Positions 17,245 to 26,273 of a DNA stretch of 37,561 nucleotides are shown here, piece by piece (position 1 is the first letter of the stretch; every line of letters starts with the position of its first letter). The notes beneath the pieces are model-generated. The model saw only the letters and a program-made list of their open reading frames with translations, did not search any database and had not been told where the DNA came from. Origin of the DNA: an uncultured Actinomycetes bacterium. Lineage in GTDB: Bacteria > Actinomycetota > Actinomycetes > Nanopelagicales > Nanopelagicaceae. The position numbers and the translations under genes were made by a program. The DNA is taken from positions 1 through 37,561 of the forward strand of contig CAIXDY010000035.1 in assembly GCA_903918325.1 (NCBI GenBank). The letters run 5' to 3'.

Positions 17245-18639
17245 ATGCCACTGACTAGTGCTGGCGAAAAAATCCTGATTCTTGGTGCAGGTGTGACTGG
17301 CAATTCGGTTGCTCGCGCACTTCACAAGCGAGGTGCAATAGTCACGCTAGTAGATGAAAACCCAGCTGCGGTAAGTGAATTTGAAATTATAAAAGTTTCC
17401 GAGGTTAAACTTTCAGAATTTAATAGCGTCGTGGTTTCACCTGGCTGGCGCCAGAATCATCCTTTGATCCTGCAAGCACTTGCCCAAGGCATCCCATTGC
17501 TGAACGAGATTGATTTAGCGTGGCACATTAAAAATGAAGTTGCGCCAAATCAGCGATGGATTGCCTTGACGGGTACTAATGGAAAAACTACAACGGTCGA
17601 AATGGCTGCAGCAATGGTACGGGCAGGTGGTTTACATGCAACCGCATGTGGCAACGTTGGAGATACCGTTATCGATGCTCTTGAACAAAGCCACACCTTT
17701 GATGTCCTAGTTCTTGAACTCTCATCTTTCCAACTGCATTGGTGCAAAGAAGCACAGTTTGTTGCAAGTGCCATTCTCAATATTGCCGATGATCATATTG
17801 ATTGGCATGGAAGTTTTGATGAATACGCTCAAAGTAAGATTTCTTTACTTGATCGTTCCACTACCGCAATTCTCAATGGCGATGATTCGCAGGTGGTGCA
17901 ACGAACTGCACATTGGCAGGGGCGTAAAGTGTTTTATTCCCTGGATACTCCAGCTCCTGGTGAAATAGGTTTAGTTGAGGAGTTACTTGTTGATCGTGCA
18001 TTTGTGGCCGATCCTCAAGAAGCGGCCATGTTTGCCGAACTGTTAGAAGTAAAACCAACGGTTCCGCACAATGTTTCTAACGCTTTAGCAGCTGCGGCTC
18101 TAGCCCGCACCGTTGGTGTAAGTCATGAAGATATTCGAAAGGCGATACAGGATTTTCGAACTGGCCGACACCGCATTGAAACCATTTTAGAATCAGATTC
18201 AATTACTTGGGTTGATGATTCCAAAGCAACTAATCCCCATGCTGCGGCTGCAGCACTGATGTCTCACGAATCAGTTATCTGGATTGCTGGAGGATTAGCT
18301 AAAGGTGCACAGATGGGGGAGTTAGTAGCTAAAACTTCGCAGCGAATTAAAGCGGCAATTCTGATTGGGGCCGATCGGGATTTGATTGAAGCAGCTTTTG
18401 TTCAATTTTCCCCGCAGACTAAGCGAGTAATGATCGATCCTGGAAGCGAGTATGTAAAAGGCGGCGATTCAAATTCTTTGATGGAAAATATTGTTACGTG
18501 CGCAATCCAGCTTGCAGACAAGGGTGACAGTGTCTTACTAGCGCCAGCATGCGCATCGATGGATCAATTTCTTTCATATGCCGATCGTGGTGACCGTTTT
18601 GCACAAGCCGTTAAGAAGTTGGTTGCGCATGCAAACTGA
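17245..18639 (+). CDS. murD: UDP-MurNAc-L-Ala:D-Glu ligase
   Basis: ILGAGVTG, SPG, TGTNGKTTT, ELSSFQL, DDSKATN and LLAPACASMDQF. Confidence 0.96.
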   Translation: MPLTSAGEKILILGAGVTGNSVARALHKRGAIVTLVDENPAAVSEFEIIKVSEVKLSEFNSVVVSPGWRQNHPLILQALAQGIPLLNEIDLAWHIKNEVAPNQRWIALTGTNGKTTTVEMAAAMVRAGGLHATACGNVGDTVIDALEQSHTFDVLVLELSSFQLHWCKEAQFVASAILNIADDHIDWHGSFDEYAQSKISLLDRSTTAILNGDDSQVVQRTAHWQGRKVFYSLDTPAPGEIGLVEELLVDRAFVADPQEAAMFAELLEVKPTVPHNVSNALAAAALARTVGVSHEDIRKAIQDFRTGRHRIETILESDSITWVDDSKATNPHAAAAALMSHESVIWIAGGLAKGAQMGELVAKTSQRIKAAILIGADRDLIEAAFVQFSPQTKRVMIDPGSEYVKGGDSNSLMENIVTCAIQLADKGDSVLLAPACASMDQFLSYADRGDRFAQAVKKLVAHAN

Positions 18640-19801
18640 GCGCCGTGAAACGTTTTTTACTAAGCCAGTAAATCTCTACTACATGCTGGTAGGCAGCACG
18701 CTGACTTTGAGTATGTTGGGTTTGATTATGGTCTTCTCTGCATCTTCAATCTATTCCCTTGAAAATAAGGGCTCAACTTATGCAATTGTTTTACGACAAT
18801 TTATTTTCTTGGCCATGTCAATCCCGATGGCCTGGGTGCTTTCACGGTTTTCACTTGCTCGCTGGAAACTAATTGCCCGTTTTGGCGTTTTAGCTTCTTT
18901 GGCCCTTCTTGTAATAGTTCAAGTGCCGGGTGTTGGTAAGAGTGTCAACGGTAATCACAACTGGATTAGTTTGGGTTTTGTGGATGTGCAGCCCAGCGAA
19001 GTGGCAAAGTTTTTGATGGTTCTTTGGGCCGGTTTTATTTTAGCTAAACGTGAACGCACTGGTGAGGTGCAGGCCAATGTAATTAAGTTAATTGCGCCGG
19101 CATATTTATTATGTATTTTGCTCGTTCTCTATGGCAGCGATTTAGGTACGGCCTCGGTTTTCGCCTTTGTTTTAGCTGGATTGTTATGGGTATCAGGTGT
19201 GCGCTTAGGTGCATTTGCGGTCGTATCAGGCATCGGCTTCTTAGGAATTGCTGGATTAATTTTGGCTGCACCATATCGAGTACAAAGATTTGCAGTTTTT
19301 CTGCATCCATTTGCCGCAGGTCAGTATAAAAGTTATGGATGGCAACCCGCGCATAGCCTTTTAGGTCTAGCTAGTGGTGGATTATTCGGTGTAGGTCTGG
19401 GTGCAAGTCGTCAAAAATGGGGAAACCTACCTGAAGCACACACAGATTTTATTTTTTCAGTCATTGGTGAAGAGCTAGGTTTGTTTGGAACTATTGCAAC
19501 ACTCTTACTTCTTTCAATTCTCATTTTCTCTATCTTTAAAATTGCGTTGCGCGCTAATGATCCCATGGTGCGTTATGTCAGTTGTGGAATTGGATGTTGG
19601 ATTGGCATACAGACAATTCTCAATGTTGGATCGGCAATAAGCGTGCTACCTGTAGTTGGAGTAACTTTGCCTTTACTCTCATATGGAGGTTCGGCACTGA
19701 TTGCTACGTATATGGGCATAGCTTTTGTCATCGGTGCTGCCCGTAGAGACCCGATTATTTATAGCGAACTCAAGAAAACTGGTATCCCATGGCTACGATA
19801 A
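18629..19801 (+). CDS. ftsW: SEDS peptidoglycan polymerase FtsW
   Basis: MVFSAS, QPSEVAK, DLG, LPEAHTDFIFSVIGEELG and LPLLSYGGS. Probable start at ATG 18629. Confidence 0.95.
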   Translation: MQTERRETFFTKPVNLYYMLVGSTLTLSMLGLIMVFSASSIYSLENKGSTYAIVLRQFIFLAMSIPMAWVLSRFSLARWKLIARFGVLASLALLVIVQVPGVGKSVNGNHNWISLGFVDVQPSEVAKFLMVLWAGFILAKRERTGEVQANVIKLIAPAYLLCILLVLYGSDLGTASVFAFVLAGLLWVSGVRLGAFAVVSGIGFLGIAGLILAAPYRVQRFAVFLHPFAAGQYKSYGWQPAHSLLGLASGGLFGVGLGASRQKWGNLPEAHTDFIFSVIGEELGLFGTIATLLLLSILIFSIFKIALRANDPMVRYVSCGIGCWIGIQTILNVGSAISVLPVVGVTLPLLSYGGSALIATYMGIAFVIGAARRDPIIYSELKKTGIPWLR

Positions 19802-20868
19802 TTTTTGCCGGCGGCGGTACTGCTGGACACATTGAACCAGCCTTAGCGGTAGCTCGTGAATGGAAAAGCGCACACCCAAAAGATGACATTGTTTTTCTAG
19901 GAACAATACATGGATTAGAAAATGCAATCGTCCCTGCAGCCGGGTTTACGTTGGCACATATTCCACGTGTCAGCATTTCACGCAAGCCCTCATTAAGTTG
20001 GCTACAGATTCCATTCGATTTATTTCGATCAGTTGCAGCTGCAGGTTCAATTATTAAAAAAGCCGACTTACTCATCGGTTTTGGTGGTTATGTAAGTGCG
20101 CCGGCGTATATTGCCGCGGGTTTGCGTCGAATCCCTATCGTGATACATGAAGCAAATGCCAAACCCGGTTGGGCAAATCGCTTAGGCGCGGTATTCACAA
20201 AAAATTTAGCCGTGGCTTATGGAGTTTCTTCAGGGGCTTTCTCCAATGCCCTACTTACTGGACTTCCACTTCGAAGCGATGTGGCAACCGCTCTCATTGA
20301 TGCCGAGAAAAATTGGTCACAAGCCCGTCATGATGCAAAAGCACGATTAGGTTTTGATAATTCTAAGCCGCTGGTTTTTGTTATGGGTGGCTCTCAAGGA
20401 TCAGTTGCCATTAACTCAATCATCGCCACAGCATTACCTGAGATGATGTCGCACAATATTTCGCTCTTGCACTCAGTGGGTCGACGCAATGAATTACCTC
20501 AGAGCACTGATTCTTATCGCCCAGTCGCCTATGTAGATGCAATGGCCGATGCTTACCTAGCTAGTGATCTGATTATCGCTAGAAGTGGGGCGGTGACGTG
20601 CAGCGAATTTCGAGCTTTGGGTCGTTATGCCTTATTTGTACCGCTACCAATTGGAAATGGCGAACAGTTCTATAACGCAAGCCAACTAGTTCAGGATGGT
20701 CGTGCCACTGTAATCGCACAGAAAGATTTCACCGCTGAGTTTTTAGTTTCTCAAATTCAGAACATTTTACTTGATGCCGAAAAATCTCAATTGGAAGGCT
20801 CTACCCTTGATGCATTAGCGGCACAAAAGATTGCTGCGCTTGGAGAATTTGCGATGGGTGGCAAATAA
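19789..20868 (+). CDS. murG: Lipid II GlcNAc transferase
   Basis: AGGGTAGHIEP, GFGGYVS, HEAN, GGSQG, RSGA and EQxxNA. Confidence 0.96.
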   Translation: MATIIFAGGGTAGHIEPALAVAREWKSAHPKDDIVFLGTIHGLENAIVPAAGFTLAHIPRVSISRKPSLSWLQIPFDLFRSVAAAGSIIKKADLLIGFGGYVSAPAYIAAGLRRIPIVIHEANAKPGWANRLGAVFTKNLAVAYGVSSGAFSNALLTGLPLRSDVATALIDAEKNWSQARHDAKARLGFDNSKPLVFVMGGSQGSVAINSIIATALPEMMSHNISLLHSVGRRNELPQSTDSYRPVAYVDAMADAYLASDLIIARSGAVTCSEFRALGRYALFVPLPIGNGEQFYNASQLVQDGRATVIAQKDFTAEFLVSQIQNILLDAEKSQLEGSTLDALAAQKIAALGEFAMGGK

Positions 20869-22253
20869 TGAAGCCAACACTTTCTTCACTTATAGGTAAG
20901 CGCGTACATTTTATTGGAATTGGCGGCGCAGGGATGAGCGGCCTTGCCAGAATTTCGCTCTCGCATGGTATTCACGTGAGTGGATCAGATGCTAAAGACT
21001 CATCGGTTGTAAAAGCTTTGCAAGCACTCGGTGCACGTATTTCAACTTCACATCATGCCGAGAATGTAGAAGGCGCAGACTTAGTTGTTTACTCAACCGC
21101 GATTTCCCAGAGCAATCCGGAATTACAACGTGCTAACGAGTTAGGTTTGATAATTCTGACTCGCGCTTCCGCACTTTCTATTTTGATGTCTGAGTCGAAA
21201 AGTATTGCGGTAGCAGGAACGCATGGAAAAACAACTACGTCATCAATGATGGCTGTGGCCCTTCAAGCCTGCGGGGCTGATCCATCTTTTGCAATCGGTG
21301 GAACTATCACCGCCTCTGGCTCCAATGCACATCGCGGTACTGGTGAAATCTTTGTTGCAGAGGCTGATGAATCTGATGGATCTTTCATTGAATATCGGCC
21401 ATTTGCGGCAATTGTTACAAACGTGGAACATGATCATGTCGATTATTTTGCTACCCCAAAAGCAGTAGAAGATGCCTTTAAAGATTTTGTTGAAACAATT
21501 AGCCCTCAAGGTTTCCTCACATATTGCGGTGATGATGCGGGTGCTCGAAAATTGGCATCGCACGTTTCGTCATGCGAGCTGATTTCATATGGCACCGCCG
21601 ATGATTGCGATTTGAAATTAGACTCCATCGAGTTAGCCGCAATGGGCTCAAAAGCGCGCGCTATTTGGCGTGGGAAAACCGTTGGTTTTATTGAATTACA
21701 GGTGCCTGGTCACCATAACTTGCTCAACGCTGCAGCGGTTTTGGCAACAGGACTGAATCTTGGTTTTAGCGCCCCCGATTTATTAACTGGCCTTGCTACT
21801 TTCCATGGAACTGGTCGACGTTTTGAAGTGAAGGGAACTGTCCATGGAATTCGAGTGGTTGATGATTATGGCCACCACCCAACCGAGATCGATGTAACGC
21901 TAGAGGCTGCACGTCGCTTTGCCGGAGATGGACGACTTTTAGTTATTTTTCAGCCACATCGCTATTCACGCACGCAAGCTTTTTATAAGGAGTTCGCGAT
22001 TGCGCTCTCAAAAGCCGATGCGGCGTATGTGTTAGAAATATATGCAGCCAGTGAGAAAAGTATTCCAGGTGTCACCTCACGCTTAATCACTGACCTCATG
22101 ACTAATGGACAATACATTCCCAATTTTGTCGAAGTCACTGATGCCGTTATTAACTCAGCACAACCTTTGGATGTCATTATGACTTTAGGCGCCGGTGATG
22201 TCAGTTCGCTTGCACCCATCATTGTCGATGGTCTGAAACGACGTTTTGATTAA
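20868..22253 (+). CDS. murC: UDP-MurNAc:L-Ala ligase
   Basis: HFIGIGGAGMSG, AGTHGKTTTS, EADESDGSF, DDYGHHPTE and FQPHRYSRT. Confidence 0.97.
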   Translation: MKPTLSSLIGKRVHFIGIGGAGMSGLARISLSHGIHVSGSDAKDSSVVKALQALGARISTSHHAENVEGADLVVYSTAISQSNPELQRANELGLIILTRASALSILMSESKSIAVAGTHGKTTTSSMMAVALQACGADPSFAIGGTITASGSNAHRGTGEIFVAEADESDGSFIEYRPFAAIVTNVEHDHVDYFATPKAVEDAFKDFVETISPQGFLTYCGDDAGARKLASHVSSCELISYGTADDCDLKLDSIELAAMGSKARAIWRGKTVGFIELQVPGHHNLLNAAAVLATGLNLGFSAPDLLTGLATFHGTGRRFEVKGTVHGIRVVDDYGHHPTEIDVTLEAARRFAGDGRLLVIFQPHRYSRTQAFYKEFAIALSKADAAYVLEIYAASEKSIPGVTSRLITDLMTNGQYIPNFVEVTDAVINSAQPLDVIMTLGAGDVSSLAPIIVDGLKRRFD

Positions 22254-22895
22254 ATGAAAAACAAGCGCCTTATTGCTTTAATTTCAATCCTTCTACTTGC
22301 CGTAGCTTCCTATGTTCTGGGCTGGTCCACCTTGCTCACAGTTAGAGGTATCGAAGTGACTGGTACATCGGCAAATCTGACTTCCCAAGTTTTCAAAGGG
22401 GAAAAATTAGCCCGAGTAGAACCGCGCACAGTTGCAGCTTCCTACCAAAAATATGATTTCATCGAATCAGCACAAGTCTCACGCAACTGGCTTACTGGCA
22501 AAGTCACAATTGCAATTACCGAACGCACTCCAATTGCAATCTATAACGGTGCAGCTATTGATAAGCAAGGCAAAGCTTTTGTACCTCATTCGGGGGCTGA
22601 AAAAAATCTCCCGCTGATTTCGGCAGCTACAACTGCCGATGCCATAACGGCCGTCAATTTCTTTAAAACTCTTCCTCCAGAAATCACCTCTCACTTGACG
22701 CTGTTAAAAATGCTCAGTGGTCAGGCTTACCAGTTGAGCATCGATCTGGGGGATAGGAAACTTCAACTTCGATGGGGTACTGCTACTGAAAACGCTCTGA
22801 AAGTAAAGGTTTATAAGGCTTTAATGGCACAACCTGAAAATGCAAAAATAAGACGTATGGATCTTTCTGCTCCCCATGCACCAATCGTTAAATAA
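22254..22895 (+). CDS. ftsQ: Cell division protein FtsQ/DivIB (short)
   Basis: N-terminal TM, POTRA-like segment ending ITERTP, C-terminal DLSAPHAP; lies between murC and ftsZ. Confidence 0.8.
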   Translation: MKNKRLIALISILLLAVASYVLGWSTLLTVRGIEVTGTSANLTSQVFKGEKLARVEPRTVAASYQKYDFIESAQVSRNWLTGKVTIAITERTPIAIYNGAAIDKQGKAFVPHSGAEKNLPLISAATTADAITAVNFFKTLPPEITSHLTLLKMLSGQAYQLSIDLGDRKLQLRWGTATENALKVKVYKALMAQPENAKIRRMDLSAPHAPIVK

Positions 22896-22986
22896 ATATT
22901 TTTAACGACACAATAAATAATTCATGTCGGTATTTGATTAAGCGCCTCGCGCACTTTACGTTCGCCTTATCGAAAAACGTTGAATT

Positions 22987-23009
22987 ATAAGGCTCAAGTA
23001 GAGGTTTAT
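22987..23009. promoter_or_regulatory. Imperfect palindrome upstream of ftsZ (FtsR/MerR-type operator candidate)
   Basis: ATAAGGCTC-AAGTA-GAGGTTTAT, with arms matching 7/9; RBS AAGGAGG at 23017-23023. Confidence 0.55.
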
Positions 23010-23029
23010 GGTTCCCAAGGAGGATACAC

Positions 23030-24163
23030 GTGGCTTCACCGCAGAATTATTTAGCAGTCATCAAAGTTGTTGGAATTGGTGGCGGTGGAGTTAATGCAAT
23101 TAATCGAATGATTGATGTGGGACTTAAAGGTGTTGAGTTCATTGCAATTAACACTGATGCACAACATTTGTTAATGAGTGATGCTGATGTGAAATTAGAT
23201 ATTGGTCGAAAGACAACTCGTGGTCTGGGTGCCGGAATGGATCCTGAAAAAGGTCGCGAAGCCGCACTTGATCACGCTGATGATATTGAAGAAATTTTGC
23301 GTGGAGCAGATATGGTTTTTGTAACTGCCGGTGAAGGTGGAGGCACCGGAACTGGTGCAGCTCCAATCGTTGCAAAAATTGCAAAAGATATTGGTGCATT
23401 AACAATTGGTGTTGTAACTCGTCCATTTTCCTTTGAAGCGAAATTGCGTTCGACTCAAGCCGATATTGGAATTGAAGCTTTGCGTGAAGAAGTCGACACT
23501 CTCATTGTGATTCCAAATGATCGCTTACTTGCTATTTCAGATCGCACAATTACTTTAGCCGATGCATTTAAGAGTGCAGACCAAGTTCTCTTATCTGGCG
23601 TACAGGGAATTACTGAAATCATTACTCAGCCAGGTTTAATTAACTTAGACTTTGCCGATGTTAAAGCGGTTATGTCCGGCGCTGGTTCTGCACTTATGGG
23701 TATCGGATCTGCTCGTGGCGAAAATCGCGCACTTCGTGCCGCTGAACTTGCAATCTCGTCACCACTTCTTGAAGCTTCAATAGATGGGGCAATGGGCGTC
23801 CTGCTTTCGATTTCTGGCGGTTCTGATTTAGGTCTCTTTGAAGTTAACGAAGCGTGCGAGCTCGTGCAATCAGCAGTGCATCCAAATGCTAAATTCATTT
23901 TTGGAACAACTATCGATGATGCACTCGGAGATGAAGTTCGTATTACGGTAGTTGCCGCTGGTTTTGAAGGTGGCGAACCCCGCAAGGTATCAACGCCAGT
24001 TATCAATGCTGCGACGTTAGGTGGAGTAGCAGATCCCTTGCCCGCCAATGATCCAATCTCTGTAGCGCTAGAGCTCGGTGATGAGCCAACTCCGCGACGT
24101 CGAGTTACTTTCGAAGAACTCGTAGCTGAGGATGAGATCGACGTTCCAGACTTTATGAAGTAA
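23030..24163 (+). CDS. ftsZ: Cell division protein FtsZ
   Basis: [28 protein letters not shown] and C-terminal DVPDF; GTG start with a strong RBS. Confidence 0.99.
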   Translation: MASPQNYLAVIKVVGIGGGGVNAINRMIDVGLKGVEFIAINTDAQHLLMSDADVKLDIGRKTTRGLGAGMDPEKGREAALDHADDIEEILRGADMVFVTAGEGGGTGTGAAPIVAKIAKDIGALTIGVVTRPFSFEAKLRSTQADIGIEALREEVDTLIVIPNDRLLAISDRTITLADAFKSADQVLLSGVQGITEIITQPGLINLDFADVKAVMSGAGSALMGIGSARGENRALRAAELAISSPLLEASIDGAMGVLLSISGGSDLGLFEVNEACELVQSAVHPNAKFIFGTTIDDALGDEVRITVVAAGFEGGEPRKVSTPVINAATLGGVADPLPANDPISVALELGDEPTPRRRVTFEELVAEDEIDVPDFMK

Positions 24164-24169
24164 AGGCAG

Positions 24170-24829
24170 TTGCCTTCTCTTTTTACCGATCGGCGCAATG
24201 GTGCAAGCCTTGCGCCTTTTGATTCATTTAATCTAGCTCTACATGTTGGTGATAGCGCCGAGCTAGTTGCACAGAACCGTAAAGCTCTGGCCGCAATCAC
24301 TGTGCCATTGCAGTTTATGAATCAAGTCCATGGTGATGTGATTACTCAAATTTCACATATCCAAAGTGAACCAACGAGTGATGCACTTATTACAACCCAA
24401 ACTGGAATCGCCTTAGCTGTAATGGTGGCCGATTGCATTCCGCTGTTGCTCTCTTCAACCACGGTGGTAGCGGCAGTACATGTTGGGCGTCGCGGATTAA
24501 TGAATAACATTGCACTAAAAACTATTGATGCAATGAAAGCTCTGGGTGCGACAAATATTCATGGACAGCTAGGACCTTCAATTTGTGGTCGCTGCTATGA
24601 AGTGGGGCAAGAATTAGCTGATGAAGTAATTGCGCAACATCCAGCGGCTGCAGCTCTCACGCATGTGGGAACACATGCACTAGATCTGCCCGCGGCATTG
24701 GTTGCACAATTGAAAGCCAACGATGTTACGTATGAGGCAAGCGCAATATGCACGTTAGAGGACCCGAACTATTTTTCATATCGCAGGCACAACATCACGG
24801 GCCGCACGGCTGGGGTCATTTGGTTATGA
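24170..24829 (+). CDS. pgeF: PgeF/YfiH (YlmD) peptidoglycan editing factor / purine nucleoside phosphorylase
   Basis: FNLALHVGD, MNQVHG, ADCIP, GPSICGRCYEVG and YFSYRR. Confidence 0.9.
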   Translation: MPSLFTDRRNGASLAPFDSFNLALHVGDSAELVAQNRKALAAITVPLQFMNQVHGDVITQISHIQSEPTSDALITTQTGIALAVMVADCIPLLLSSTTVVAAVHVGRRGLMNNIALKTIDAMKALGATNIHGQLGPSICGRCYEVGQELADEVIAQHPAAAALTHVGTHALDLPAALVAQLKANDVTYEASAICTLEDPNYFSYRRHNITGRTAGVIWL

Positions 24830-25488
24830 GCCGTCACAATGAAATTGCAACTAACTTAAATCTGGTCAAAGATCGAATCGCAGCTGCCGCCTCCAAATCT
24901 GGACGAAGTGTTGGGGAGATAACTTTGATTGCAGTGACCAAAACTTTTCCAGCAAGTGATGTAGAAATCTTAAAGACTTTGGGAGTCACAGATTTTGGTG
25001 AGAATAGGGATTCTGATGGCGCTGGTAAAGCCATTACCGTGAGCGGAACGTGGCATTTTCAAGGCCAGATCCAAAGCAATAAATTAAAGTCAATTACTTC
25101 ATGGGCCCATGTCATTCACTCACTCGATGACATGAAACATTTTGAAATCATTGAACGCGTAGCTGCGCACCCACTGGATATTTTCTGCCAAGTTTCACTC
25201 GATGGCGCCGAAGGTCGTGGGGGAGTCCAGCAGGAAAAACTCTATGAATTGGCACAGGCAATTCAAATCTCCAGCCACCATCATTTAGTGGGCCTTATGG
25301 CCGTTGCCCCTTTAGGGATGTCGAGCGCTAGCGCCTTTGAAATGCTGGCGAAAATTCATCAGTCATTTATTCGCGATTTCCCAGAAGCTAATAAATTATC
25401 GGCTGGAATGAGTGGAGATTTTGAGGAAGCAATCGCTTATGGAGCGACACATATTCGGGTCGGCAGTTCAATCCTCGGTTCGAGATAG
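24826..25488 (+). CDS. yggS: PLP homeostasis protein YggS (YlmE)
   Basis: LIAVTKTF, FGENR, WHFQGQIQSNK, SAGMSGDF and THIRVGSSILG. Start at ATG 24826. Confidence 0.94.
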   Translation: MSRHNEIATNLNLVKDRIAAAASKSGRSVGEITLIAVTKTFPASDVEILKTLGVTDFGENRDSDGAGKAITVSGTWHFQGQIQSNKLKSITSWAHVIHSLDDMKHFEIIERVAAHPLDIFCQVSLDGAEGRGGVQQEKLYELAQAIQISSHHHLVGLMAVAPLGMSSASAFEMLAKIHQSFIRDFPEANKLSAGMSGDFEEAIAYGATHIRVGSSILGSR

Positions 25489-25509
25489 CTGAGCAGGTAC
25501 CGTTTACAC

Positions 25510-25986
25510 ATGGCTAATCCACTCAAGCGCGTCGCAAACTACTTAGGTTTGATGGACGACCCAGAATTCGATACACCAGTTTCAACTTCAGTTCCTGCCG
25601 TGCCTTCCTCTAATGAAGTGCGCATTAAGCCGCGCGCAGCACGTCCAGTTTCCTCAGTTGTCACTTCAACTATTCATGAAGTAGCTCCACAACTTGATCT
25701 TCCAGTTCTAGATCGAATCGTGACACTTCATCCACGTTTTTATAATGAGGCCCGCACAATCGGTGAGCACTTCCGTTTAGGAAATCCAGTAATTATTAAC
25801 TTAACTGACATGGATGAATCTGAACACAAGCGCCTAGTTGATTTTGCAAGTGGTCTTGCATTTGGTTTGCATGGAACTATTGAGCGAGTGACAAAAAAGG
25901 TTTTCCTTCTCTCACCAGCAAATGTTTCAATCGGCACTGAAGATAAATCAGCTGCTGCGCAAGCAAGCTTCTTTAACCAGAGCTGA
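25510..25986 (+). CDS. sepF: Cell division protein SepF
   Basis: N-terminal amphipathic helix LKRVANYLGL; core EARTIGEHFR...PVIINL...KRLVDFASGL...FLLSP. Confidence 0.95.
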   Translation: MANPLKRVANYLGLMDDPEFDTPVSTSVPAVPSSNEVRIKPRAARPVSSVVTSTIHEVAPQLDLPVLDRIVTLHPRFYNEARTIGEHFRLGNPVIINLTDMDESEHKRLVDFASGLAFGLHGTIERVTKKVFLLSPANVSIGTEDKSAAAQASFFNQS

Positions 25987-25991
25987 TCTTC

Positions 25992-26273
25992 ATGCGCATA
26001 GGCACGTTGCTTGCTGACGTTCTGCAATTATTTCTTTTCGCTTTACTTGCGCGTTTAATTCTGGATTATGTGCGTATGTTTGCGCGAAACTGGCGCCCCA
26101 AGGGATTAGTTCTCATTCTTGTAGAGCTGGTGTATTCAATTACAGATAAGCCCATGCGATTTGTTGGTCGTTACATTCCGCCGCTTCGTTTAGGCACGGT
26201 AAGTCTTGACCTAAGTTTTATTGTGCTCTTTTTCGGAGTCCAACTCTTGATTGGATTTGTCAGCCAGCTTTAG
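25992..26273 (+). CDS. yggT: YggT/YlmG (SepG) membrane protein
   Basis: WRPKG, YSITD and IPPLRLGTVSLDLSF; follows sepF. Confidence 0.9.
   Translation: MRIGTLLADVLQLFLFALLARLILDYVRMFARNWRPKGLVLILVELVYSITDKPMRFVGRYIPPLRLGTVSLDLSFIVLFFGVQLLIGFVSQL

Noticed and set aside
22925-22946. TGTCGG as a PafBC promoter for ftsZ (likewise TGTCAG at 2489)
   Set aside because: No TANNNT follows at the required 10-nt spacing in either case.
23626-24300. 224-aa antisense ORF over ftsZ/pgeF
   Set aside because: Ser/Ala-rich antisense shadow of conserved genes, with no RBS or recognisable domain.
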